A DNA stretch of 64,000 nt from Anaerolineae bacterium (GTDB taxonomy: Bacteria; Chloroflexota; Anaerolineae; B4-G1; SLSP01), in assembly GCA_034676805.1 (NCBI GenBank), contig JAXDDO010000006.1, positions 9,305 to 73,304 of the forward strand, written 5' to 3'. Each line of letters opens with the position of its first letter. Position 1 is the first letter of the stretch. The notes below the pieces were generated by a model that ran no database searches, was not told where the DNA came from, and saw nothing but the letters and a program-made list of their open reading frames with translations. Below are positions 45,990 through 54,720 of the stretch, one piece after another. The translations under genes were made by a program, and so were the position numbers.

Positions 45990-46877
45990 CTACCAGGTAC
46001 GCTCCTGCAGCAACTCCTGGATGGCGTCACGTGGTACGGGCAAGGCGTCGATGTGATCTTCGAGCCAGCCGGAGAAATCGGCCTCAATCTCGTCATTCCA
46101 CCGCGCGTCGATCTGACCTGGCGTATACTTACCTTCGTGCAGGCGCTGCTTGCCGAACATATCACGCAGCTGGACCAGCTCCGAAGTCCTGACCACGTTC
46201 TCGACGAGGTGTGGTGGGATGAAAATAACGCCGTTATGCTGGCCCAGCACGACGTCGCCTGGCATCACGGTCGCCTGGCCAATGCGGATGGGACAATTGA
46301 CGCCCACCAGCATGATAGTTGGTGAGGCGTAGGTCGGATGGAAGCCACGAACGAAGCTGGCAAAGCCCGGGATCTCCTGAATGCCGTCGATATCTCGGAC
46401 CGAGGCGTCGTGGACAACACCCTTGCCCGACTTGGCATAGATCGCCGTCGAGAGATTGTCGCCGATGATCGGGCCCTCCTCGTGTTTGCCATACACGTCG
46501 GCCACATAGACGTCTCCCGGCACGAGCATATCGATAGGCCACGAGATCTGGTCGCCGATGCAACCGAGCCGCGCGCCTTTCTCCTCCATCAAGGCCCGCA
46601 TATCGGGCCGCCGCGGCACGTACATCGCCGTGAGCGCCCGACCCACCAGCGTTTGGCCCGGGTGGGTACACACAAAGCCATCCTCATATTGCCAATGATA
46701 GCCGGCGTTCCGCAGCACGCCCCAGGCCTGTGTAAGCGTCACATGGCCGACCCGCTCCAGAAGACTGTCCGGCACCTTGGGCCGCCCGTCGGCAAACCGC
46801 TCTCCCTTCCATTCGTAGGTATACTCGATGATCTCCCCGGGATTCAGGTTCAGTGGTGCAAACTTCTCAGTGTCCAT
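45990..46877 (-). CDS. RraA-like / class II (HMG/CHA-type) aldolase family protein with N- and C-terminal extensions
   Basis: Core LVGRALT......D...PGDVYVADV......IGDNLSTAIYAKSGKGVVHDASVRD is typical of the RraA/DlpA fold. ATG 46877 lies 10 nt after the upstream stop. Confidence 0.7.
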   Translation of the reverse strand: MDTEKFAPLNLNPGEIIEYTYEWKGERFADGRPKVPDSLLERVGHVTLTQAWGVLRNAGYHWQYEDGFVCTHPGQTLVGRALTAMYVPRRPDMRALMEEKGARLGCIGDQISWPIDMLVPGDVYVADVYGKHEEGPIIGDNLSTAIYAKSGKGVVHDASVRDIDGIQEIPGFASFVRGFHPTYASPTIMLVGVNCPIRIGQATVMPGDVVLGQHNGVIFIPPHLVENVVRTSELVQLRDMFGKQRLHEGKYTPGQIDARWNDEIEADFSGWLEDHIDALPVPRDAIQELLQERTW

Positions 46878-46887
46878 GGCCTGCCAG

Positions 46888-48039
46888 CTACCTCTGCACC
46901 TGGACTGCGTAGTGCCCTTCGATATAGGGGAACCGGGCCTCGAGATCATCTGCCAGCTCGACACCGAAGCCGGGTTTGTCGGGCAACACCAACCACCCGT
47001 TCTCGATCTGCGGCTTGTCTGCCAGGATGGCCCATTGGAGGGGACCCTGGATCATGCACAACTCGAGCATGTGGGGCACGGGCAGCGCCGCCACAAAGTG
47101 CGCGTGTTCCATCGCCATCAGACCATTGTGCCAGCTATGTGGGCAGGTAATCACACCGTAACGGTGCGCCATTCTGGCGATGCGCATCGCCTCGGTAATG
47201 CCACACAGCGCAGCATCCTGCTGAACGATGTCGTAGGCTCGAGTATCAAGGTACGGCCGAAACTGCTCCAGGGTGGTGAGGCTCTCGCCGCCTGTGATGG
47301 GCATCTCTACCGCCGCTGCCAGACGCGCATAGCCCTCGATCTGATCCTTGGGCAAGGGCTCCTCGAACCAGGCGAATCCCAGGCGGTCGATCTCTTCAGC
47401 GACCACCAGGGCCTGCTCCTCGGTGAGGCGGCAGTTGCCGTCGAGCATCAGCTCCATACGCCCATCGACCTCCTGAACCAGCTCGCGCACCAGGCCCAGG
47501 AAACGATCGACGGTGACGTGGTCCCAGCTCCATTCAGTGCCCAGGCGGAACTTCACCGCGGCAAAGCCGTCGTCGATATAGCCGAGTGTCTCCTCGATGA
47601 GCTGCTCCGGGCGGTCACGCCAGTCGTACCGGCAGCCGCTGGAGGCGTAGAGCCGCACACGGTCCACCGGCGCGTCGGTCATGAGCTCGCTGGCCCGTTT
47701 GCCGGCGATCTTGCCCCGTAAGTCCCACAACGCACAATCAATCCCGGCTACCGCCGCATCGTGGGCGCGCGCGCCACCATTGGGCGAGGGAGTGATGCTC
47801 GGGTCAGTGGGGTCTTTGCCGACCAGTTCGACTGACAGCCAGTCGACCCACTCACGAATCGACAACGGCCAGCCATAGGCGCTCGCCTCGCCGATACCGG
47901 TCAGGCCCTCATCGGTGTGAATTACGACAATCGCACAATCCGCCTTTACCGTCCGGTAGCGCGACGTGATCCACTGTCGCTCCGGCTCGTGCATTCGCGA
48001 GAGGCACAATGTCTCCAACTTGGTGATCTTCATCGTCAT
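46888..48039 (-). CDS. Enolase-superfamily (mandelate racemase/muconate lactonizing enzyme) sugar-acid dehydratase
   Basis: N-terminal capping domain MKITKLETL...TDEGLTGIGEA and a barrel with MLDGNCR, WFEEPL and GGES metal-ligand motifs. The start is ATG 48039 or 48033. Confidence 0.8.
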   Translation of the reverse strand: MTMKITKLETLCLSRMHEPERQWITSRYRTVKADCAIVVIHTDEGLTGIGEASAYGWPLSIREWVDWLSVELVGKDPTDPSITPSPNGGARAHDAAVAGIDCALWDLRGKIAGKRASELMTDAPVDRVRLYASSGCRYDWRDRPEQLIEETLGYIDDGFAAVKFRLGTEWSWDHVTVDRFLGLVRELVQEVDGRMELMLDGNCRLTEEQALVVAEEIDRLGFAWFEEPLPKDQIEGYARLAAAVEMPITGGESLTTLEQFRPYLDTRAYDIVQQDAALCGITEAMRIARMAHRYGVITCPHSWHNGLMAMEHAHFVAALPVPHMLELCMIQGPLQWAILADKPQIENGWLVLPDKPGFGVELADDLEARFPYIEGHYAVQVQR

Positions 48040-48047
48040 CTGTCCTT

Positions 48048-48998
48048 TCAGTGCCGCAGCGGGTACTGACCGCCCGCCGCTGCCAGAATCTCGCCCCAAT
48101 CCTCGTCGCTCAGGGTCACGTCCAGCGCCGCGACCCACTCACCGACACGCTTGGGTTTACCTGAGGCGGGGATCGTCACATCGACGTCGGGGTTGCGCAA
48201 AGAGAAGGCCAGAGCCGCCGTCGCCAGGTCGATCCCCTTGGCCGCGCACGCCACCTCCAATCGTCGCGTGGCCTCGATCACATCCTCTTCCGCCGGGACA
48301 TAGTTGTAGCGGGCGTCAGGCCGCGCCCCCGTTGCCAGGATGTAGCCCGCGTAGGGAGCCGAGTTGAGGATCGACACGCCTTTCGCCCGCGCAGACGGGA
48401 TGACCCGCTCCGCAGCCGACTGGTTGAGCAGCGTATAGGTGTGGAAGATCTGAATGACATCGATCCCACCGCTGTCCACCGCGGCCTGCAGGCAATCCAG
48501 GCCCAGCGTGCCCATGCCCACGGCACCGATGACACCCTGGCGCTTCAGATCGAGCAGCGCCTCCAGCGCGCCGCCCTTCGCGAACACCTGTTCCAGGGCT
48601 TGAGTGCGCACGTCGTGGATGTGGACAATGTGCAGGAAGTCGGTGCCCAACCGTTTGAGGCTTCGCTCCACAGACCGGTAGATCTGCTGGGCCCGGTAAC
48701 CCGTGTAGTAGATCCCCAGCTCCGAGTCCACGTAGGACCCCGCTTTGGTTGCCAAAACGATGTCCGGCGGGAGATCGAGCGCCTGCAGAGCCCGGCCGAT
48801 CACCGGTTCTGTGCCATAGAGCGGCGCCGTGTCGATGTGGCGAATGCCCGCGTCCAACACCGCCTGCAGCATCGCGACGGTGTCCTCGAATGAGACCTGG
48901 TTGGGCCATCCCGCCGTGCCGAGGCCCAGCTTGGTGCTGACGATCCCGGTGCGGCCAAGGGTAACCTTGGGCACCCCATTCAACGTTGAATGTGCCAT
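48048..48998 (-). CDS. Aldo/keto reductase (aldose 1-dehydrogenase-like)
   Basis: GAGGAG RBS. LGLGTAG..., IDTAPLYG and the typical AKR barrel length. Confidence 0.85.
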   Translation of the reverse strand: MAHSTLNGVPKVTLGRTGIVSTKLGLGTAGWPNQVSFEDTVAMLQAVLDAGIRHIDTAPLYGTEPVIGRALQALDLPPDIVLATKAGSYVDSELGIYYTGYRAQQIYRSVERSLKRLGTDFLHIVHIHDVRTQALEQVFAKGGALEALLDLKRQGVIGAVGMGTLGLDCLQAAVDSGGIDVIQIFHTYTLLNQSAAERVIPSARAKGVSILNSAPYAGYILATGARPDARYNYVPAEEDVIEATRRLEVACAAKGIDLATAALAFSLRNPDVDVTIPASGKPKRVGEWVAALDVTLSDEDWGEILAAAGGQYPLRH

Positions 48999-49008
48999 AG
49001 CTTCTCCT

Positions 49009-49854
49009 CTAGATGCCGCCCACCCCATACCAGCGCGCGGCGGTGCCTCCCAGAACTGCCTCCTGCATCTCTGAAGGCAGGGGCTTCATATAATCGATAA
49101 CTATGCCAATCGTCTCCGCGTAAGGAGCCGCCTGGAGACACACGGGCCAGTCAGACCCAACCATCAGCCGCTCAGGCCCAAAGGCTTCGAAGATGGTATC
49201 CAGAAAGGGTATGAAGTCTGAAGGTTGCCAGGCGGCGTGGTCGGCGCGGGTTACCATTCCCGAAACCTTACAGGCCACATTCGGATGCGCGGCCAGCCGG
49301 CGGATCTCGCCGGCCCATGAGGCAGCATCGCGGTCGGCCGTGGCCGCATTGGCGATGTCGGGGTTCCCAATGTGGTCCAAGATGAACCGTTGCTGGGGCG
49401 CCGCTTCGACCAAGGCGCGCGCGAGCGGCAGCCTGGAAGGGGTAACGAGCAGATCAAACGTCAACCCCGCCGCGGTCAGCTCTGCGATGCCGCGGACAAA
49501 GTCAGCCCGCGGGATGCCCGGGTCCTCCGGCTCGGTTTGAATGGGACACCGCACGCCCCGGTATTCCGGGTGGATGGTCAGATGTGCCAGGCGCTCCGGC
49601 AGGTCGGGCACGCACAAGTCGGCCCAGCCCACCACACCTGTGATCCAGGGATGCGCGTGGGCCAGCTCCAGCAGCCAGTGCGTCTCCTCCCAGGTCGAGC
49701 GTGCCTGGACCAGAATCGTGCCATCGAACCCGGCTGCTGCCAGCAGCGGGCGGAGATCAGCGGGCAGATAGTCGCGTTTGAGGACGTCGGCTCTGATCCA
49801 GCGGTAGGATGCCGCTGAATAGCGCCAAAAGTGCTGATGGGCATCGATTTTCAT
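49009..49854 (-). CDS. Amidohydrolase-2 family (COG3618-type sugar lactonase-like)
   Basis: MKIDAHQHFW N-terminal metal motif and a C-terminal GSDWPV motif, as in L-fucono-/L-rhamnono-lactonase relatives. The track start at 50013 is an extension. Confidence 0.8.
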   Translation of the reverse strand: MKIDAHQHFWRYSAASYRWIRADVLKRDYLPADLRPLLAAAGFDGTILVQARSTWEETHWLLELAHAHPWITGVVGWADLCVPDLPERLAHLTIHPEYRGVRCPIQTEPEDPGIPRADFVRGIAELTAAGLTFDLLVTPSRLPLARALVEAAPQQRFILDHIGNPDIANAATADRDAASWAGEIRRLAAHPNVACKVSGMVTRADHAAWQPSDFIPFLDTIFEAFGPERLMVGSDWPVCLQAAPYAETIGIVIDYMKPLPSEMQEAVLGGTAARWYGVGGI

Positions 49855-50003
49855 GTCTCGGGGTTCTCCAGGCTCAGAAGTGGAACCGCAACAACCTTCA
49901 TAGACTTGCCCTCCGGGACGATGCAGTATACAAGATGATGAAATCCGGCGCCACGGGGTACGTTGTACACCCACGTGGCCAAATGACAACATCAGGAGGA
50001 TCC

Positions 50004-51008
50004 ATGCCGGCAACTGGAGGAAGGCTCTACGAACGGGTATTGGGCTGCCTATACGGTGGTGAGATCGGGGACGCGATGGGCGCGCCCGCCGAAGGCAAGA
50101 CCTATCAGCAGATCGCCGACATGTTCGGTGAGATCATTGACTTCGCGGGCTACGGCACCGATGACTCGGCCCTCAAACACATCCTCTGCGACGCGATCGA
50201 GCGGGGCGATGGGTATCCAACCGCCGACACGTGGGCGGAGGAATGGCTGGCTCAGGAAGATATGTTCATCAAGCGGCACCTCTTCTGGATTCCGGTGATG
50301 AACGGCTTCTGGAAGGTGCGGGCTGAGGGTGTTCCGCCGAGAGAAGCGGGCCACGGTAACATGGCGAGCAGCAGCTCTGCTATGTGCATCTCGCCGATGG
50401 GCATCATCAACGCCGGAGACCCCAGACAGGCCGCACTGGAGACCTTCGACGTCGCGTCGATCATCCATCACAACTTCTCCCGCGACGCAGCGTGCAGCAT
50501 GGCGGCTGCAGTCGCGGCGGCGCTCCATCCCGATGCGACGCTCGACTCGATCCTCGACGCGGCAGTGGCCTATCTACCGCCCCGGAGTGCGCACACGATG
50601 CGTCACTACATCGAGAAGACGGTGGCATTGGCGCGCGAGACCGGGGCCTACGTGGCCTTCCGCGAGATCTACTATTCGGAGCATATGCTGCCCGAGGTGG
50701 CCATACCGGATGCGCGAGAGACCGTGCCCGTGGCGCTATCGCTCTTCTATCTTGCCGGCGGCGATCCCCGTCAGACGATCATCAGCGGCGCCAACTTCGG
50801 ACGGGATGCCGACACCATCGCCTCCATGGCCGGCGCGATTGCGGGCGCCTATCGCGGCGTCAGGGCGATTCCTGAGGCCTGGGTCGACAAGGTGAAGGCC
50901 GAGAGTCCGCGCGCCCACGAGGACGTAGCACGGTCGCTGGTCAACGTGGTCGCGCGCCGGGTGGAGGCTGCGACGCAACATATAGCCGCCTTAGGTGCCA
51001 TGCTCTAG
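50004..51008 (+). CDS. ADP-ribosylglycohydrolase (DraG/ARH) family protein
   Basis: AGGAGGA RBS. N-terminal GCLYGGEIGDAMGAPAEG and C-terminal GRDADTIASMAGAIAGAY motifs (the di-metal site). Confidence 0.8.
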   Translation: MPATGGRLYERVLGCLYGGEIGDAMGAPAEGKTYQQIADMFGEIIDFAGYGTDDSALKHILCDAIERGDGYPTADTWAEEWLAQEDMFIKRHLFWIPVMNGFWKVRAEGVPPREAGHGNMASSSSAMCISPMGIINAGDPRQAALETFDVASIIHHNFSRDAACSMAAAVAAALHPDATLDSILDAAVAYLPPRSAHTMRHYIEKTVALARETGAYVAFREIYYSEHMLPEVAIPDARETVPVALSLFYLAGGDPRQTIISGANFGRDADTIASMAGAIAGAYRGVRAIPEAWVDKVKAESPRAHEDVARSLVNVVARRVEAATQHIAALGAML

Positions 51009-51037
51009 CACCAGTTCCCAGGGCATGACGCTCAAGA

Positions 51038-51068
51038 CCGTTGAGCTTGGGGCCCCCCAGCTCAACGG
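51038..51068. terminator. Bidirectional terminator hairpin between convergent genes
   Basis: CCGTTGAGCT (51038-51047) pairs with AGCTCAACGG (51059-51068), with an internally pairing GGGG/CCCC loop region. Confidence 0.5.
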
Positions 51069-51128
51069 CCCTGTTGACAGCGGTTGGCGCCGGGCACCTG
51101 ACCCACAACGGCGCCGCACAACAGGCTC

Positions 51129-52886
51129 CTATCCTCGTGGCCTTCCCTTCCGGAAAGCCGCCGCTACGCGCGTCAGATCATACTTCTGGGAGCGGTCGTA
51201 GTTGTAGATGCCGTTCTGCTCCTGCTCGATGTCGGTGAGCTGGGTATAGCAGAAGCCGCAGATATGGTCGTAGCTGAGCACGGCATCGACCAGGCCTTCC
51301 AGCCGCGAGTAGAACTCCTCCAGGGTCTTGGGCGCCTCGCCATATCCCCACGAGTCCTCGGCGAAGACCAGGTCTGCGGTGGGAATCCACTTGATACCTC
51401 CGAACTCGTCGACGATGTAGGGCTGTCCGGTGTAGGCGACTTCGAACTCGGGAACGTTGCGCCACACGCCCGCTTCCGGGCTGGGCCGGAGCAGTTCTCT
51501 GAGCCTATCCGGGTCCTGCTCATAGGTATGGACGGTCCATAGGTCAGTCTTGACGTGCGCGTAGCCGCTGGCGTCGTTGACCGGGCGAGTCGGGTCCAGA
51601 TCGTGGCACATGTCGTAGGCATCTGCATGAAGCCGCGCGTGCTGGGGATGGCCGGCACCCCCCCGTGTCTCGTTGAATGGCGTCCACGCAATGATCGATG
51701 GATGGTTTCGGTCGCGGGTCACGATCTCGCGCCACTCCGCCAGGAAGTTCCGCGCGCTGACCTCATCCGTAACGTCAATGCCCCAGCTCGATGACTCACC
51801 CCACGTGAGGTATCCAAGACGGTCGGCCCAATAGTGGAAGCGCGGCTCGAAGACCTTCTGGTGCAGACGCGCGCCGTTGAAGCCGGCCGCCATCGATAGT
51901 TCGATATCGTGCTTGAGCACCGCATCCGAGGGCGCAGTCCAGATGCCATCCGGGTAGAAGCCTTGATCGAGCACGAGCCGCAGGTAGATCGGCTCGTTGT
52001 TGAGGAGCACGCGGTTCCCTTCGACATGCACCTTGCGCAGGCCCGCGTAGCTCAGGACCGTGTCGATCACCACATCGCCATCCACGACCTCGAAGACCAG
52101 ATCGTAAAGGAACGGATCGGCAGGCGACCAGGGTTTCGGACTGGGGATCGAGAGCTGGCACCCGCCGCCGTCGACCGCAACCCGCTCGACCTCCGCGACG
52201 ACGGCCCCGCCGTCCTTGAGCATTGCCCGGAACGTGAGCCCGGGTGTCAGGGCATAGAACCTGGGCGTGATCAGAAACCGCTGACCGTCCAGATCGGGGA
52301 CGATATGCACGTCACGCAGTCCGCACTCGGCAACCGCCTCCACCCACACGGTCTGCCAGATGCCGGTGGTGCGGGTGTACATACACCCGAAGGAATGGTA
52401 CCGGGGCGACTGCTTGCCGCCCGGCTGCACACCCGAGCGAACTTCATCGCGCACGGCGACGACCAAGTCGTGCGTTGCACCGGGCGTGACGTGAGCCGTA
52501 ACGTCAAAGGCGAGGGCCACGGTGCCGCCCCAGTGGCGGCCCACCGAGACACCATCGATGAAGACCTCGGCCTCGTAGTCCACGGCTCCGAAGTGCAAGA
52601 TCACACGCTTGCTCGCCCAGCCTGCGGGCAGGCTGAGCTTGCGGTGATACCACATGGCTTCGATGAAATCGGTGTAGGCCACCCCGGACAGCTCGCTCTC
52701 CGGACAGAAGGGGACCGTGATCTCGCCTCCCCCGGGCGCGTCGCCGAAGCCCTGGCTTTCCGGAAAGCCCTGCTCGCGGCCTGATTTGCCGAAGTCGAAA
52801 ACGTACGTCCAAGTGCCATTGAGATTGAGCCAATCGTCGCGCCGAAACTGCGGGCGCGGGTATTCGGAGCGCGGCAGGTCTGGCAT
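51129..52886 (-). CDS. Glycoside hydrolase family 2 (beta-galactosidase/beta-glucuronidase-like)
   Basis: GGAGGA RBS before ATG 52886. N-terminal EYPRPQFRR..WLNLNG.W, acid/base WTPFNE, nucleophile region VDEFGG. No signal peptide. Confidence 0.8.
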   Translation of the reverse strand: MPDLPRSEYPRPQFRRDDWLNLNGTWTYVFDFGKSGREQGFPESQGFGDAPGGGEITVPFCPESELSGVAYTDFIEAMWYHRKLSLPAGWASKRVILHFGAVDYEAEVFIDGVSVGRHWGGTVALAFDVTAHVTPGATHDLVVAVRDEVRSGVQPGGKQSPRYHSFGCMYTRTTGIWQTVWVEAVAECGLRDVHIVPDLDGQRFLITPRFYALTPGLTFRAMLKDGGAVVAEVERVAVDGGGCQLSIPSPKPWSPADPFLYDLVFEVVDGDVVIDTVLSYAGLRKVHVEGNRVLLNNEPIYLRLVLDQGFYPDGIWTAPSDAVLKHDIELSMAAGFNGARLHQKVFEPRFHYWADRLGYLTWGESSSWGIDVTDEVSARNFLAEWREIVTRDRNHPSIIAWTPFNETRGGAGHPQHARLHADAYDMCHDLDPTRPVNDASGYAHVKTDLWTVHTYEQDPDRLRELLRPSPEAGVWRNVPEFEVAYTGQPYIVDEFGGIKWIPTADLVFAEDSWGYGEAPKTLEEFYSRLEGLVDAVLSYDHICGFCYTQLTDIEQEQNGIYNYDRSQKYDLTRVAAAFRKGRPRG

Positions 52887-53307
52887 AGCGTGTCCTCCTG
52901 GATTCCCCTTACCGACAGCGTGCGTCTGCGTCAAGGATACTCGACCAATGGTCCAGGTCAAATGAGCTGCCACGGGCCGACGGGCAGGCGTGCACCGGTG
53001 CACAGACCGGCCTGGCGAAGGTCAGGAACGAGCCTATACTGTCACCTATAAGAGGCCGGTTGTACCGCGCTCTGTGCTCGCCGCTCCCAGGAGATGACGT
53101 TGACTGCCAATGCGTTGTCGGCATCCTGCCCAGTGTGCTCCAGCCTCGGAGAGTTCCGGGAAATCGAGAACGCCCAAGATCCGGGGGAACTGGACGAATC
53201 ACAGGCCTTTCCACTGCGGCAGCGCCTACGTAGCGGCAAGGCAGGGCGCCGGCTCGGAATTGGCGCTCATCGAATCCCGATATCGGGACACGACCAAGGA
53301 GGCGTTT

Positions 53308-54657
53308 ATGCCCACCGACCCACTGTCGTTGCATCCGGACAATCCACACTACATGGTCTTCCGCGGAAAGCCAGCGGTTCTCATCACATCGGGCGAGCAC
53401 TACGGCGCCGTCATGAACCTGGACTTCGATTACCACCGCTATCTCGACGCCCTGGCGGAAGGCGGCTTCAACCTCACCCGGCTCTTTAGCGGCACCTACA
53501 GGGAGCGTCCCGGGAGCCACCGGATCCAGAACAACACGATGGCCCCGCAAGACGCGCGTTTTGTCTGCCCGTGGCGGTGCGTGGAGCGCGGACCGGGCAA
53601 CGCGCCGCTGAAATGGGATCTGACCCAGTGGGATGAAGCCTACTGGCAGCGTCTACGTGACTTCGTGGCCCAGGCCGGCTCCCGCGGCATCGTGGTCGAG
53701 TACGTCCTCTTCTGCTACATGTACAGCGACGAGCTATGGCGCGCCAGCCCCCTGCATCCCGACAACAACGTCAACGGGCTGAGGGTCGAGAACCCTAACA
53801 ACATCTTCAGGCTCGACAACCCACCGGTGCTTGCCGCTCAGGAAGCCTTTGTCCGAAAGGCAGCCCAAGAGCTGAACCGCTTTGACAACGTCTACTATGA
53901 GATCGCCAACGAGCTCTACGTGTGCCAGGACGGCACGCTCTACCTCGACTGGCAACACCATCTCGTGGACGTCTTGCGCGAAGAGGAACGCGCCTTGCCG
54001 GCGCGGCACCTGGTCGCCATCAACTACTGGAACAACGTTGGGCGCGCCGTGCCGCTTCACCCGGACGTGGACATTCTCAACTTTCACTACGCCTTCCCCG
54101 AAGCTGTGGCGTGGAACTACGGCCTGGACCGCGTGATCGCGGACGACGAGACGGGGTTCAAAGGATGGACGAGCACGCCCTACCGCACAGAGGCGTGGGC
54201 CTTTATGCTGAGCGGCGGCGCCGTCTTTAGTCACCTGGACTACAGCTTCACCGTAGCGCATCCCGATGGCACAGCAGCCCTCGTCGACGAGACGCCGGGT
54301 CACGGTGGGCCCGCGTGGCGCGCGCAGTTGAGCGTCCTGAAGCGCTTCTTGGACGCCTTTGATCTGCCGCCGATGGCGCCCCATCCCGAGGCCGCGATGC
54401 CCGGCACAGCGCTCAACACGCGGGTTGCGGTGCTCGCCGAACCAGGCCGGCAGTATGCCGTCTACCTCTGGGGCGGAGGCCCTAACACCGACCTCCGGGT
54501 GCAGTTGCCTGCCGGAAGTTACGAGTTCACCTGGACCAACCCATCAGACGGCAGAACCATCCGGACCACAGAGGTCGATGGGCACAGTGGCGGCACCTAT
54601 ACTGTCAGGACGCCCACCTTCCTGGAGGACCTGGCGCTCTCCATCATCCGCCGGTGA
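53308..54657 (+). CDS. Putative glycoside hydrolase, GH5-like TIM barrel
   Basis: AAGGAGG RBS before ATG 53308. The YYEIANE motif (the acid/base Asn-Glu of clan GH-A). The family assignment is tentative. The track start at 53110 is an intergenic extension. Confidence 0.5.
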   Translation: MPTDPLSLHPDNPHYMVFRGKPAVLITSGEHYGAVMNLDFDYHRYLDALAEGGFNLTRLFSGTYRERPGSHRIQNNTMAPQDARFVCPWRCVERGPGNAPLKWDLTQWDEAYWQRLRDFVAQAGSRGIVVEYVLFCYMYSDELWRASPLHPDNNVNGLRVENPNNIFRLDNPPVLAAQEAFVRKAAQELNRFDNVYYEIANELYVCQDGTLYLDWQHHLVDVLREEERALPARHLVAINYWNNVGRAVPLHPDVDILNFHYAFPEAVAWNYGLDRVIADDETGFKGWTSTPYRTEAWAFMLSGGAVFSHLDYSFTVAHPDGTAALVDETPGHGGPAWRAQLSVLKRFLDAFDLPPMAPHPEAAMPGTALNTRVAVLAEPGRQYAVYLWGGGPNTDLRVQLPAGSYEFTWTNPSDGRTIRTTEVDGHSGGTYTVRTPTFLEDLALSIIRR

Positions 54658-54720
54658 TGCGAGGGGCACAGTGGCGCGCCGTGAGGCCCAACGCGGAATT
54701 TCCATTCTCAGGAGGACCCT

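Noticed and set aside
49855-50003. Possible operator palindromes (GTATAC, GTACGTTGTAC, CACGTG) in the divergent region between the lactonase operon and the ADP-ribosylglycohydrolase gene
   Set aside because: They are only short self-complementary hexamers without an extended dyad. This is not distinguishable from chance at this length.
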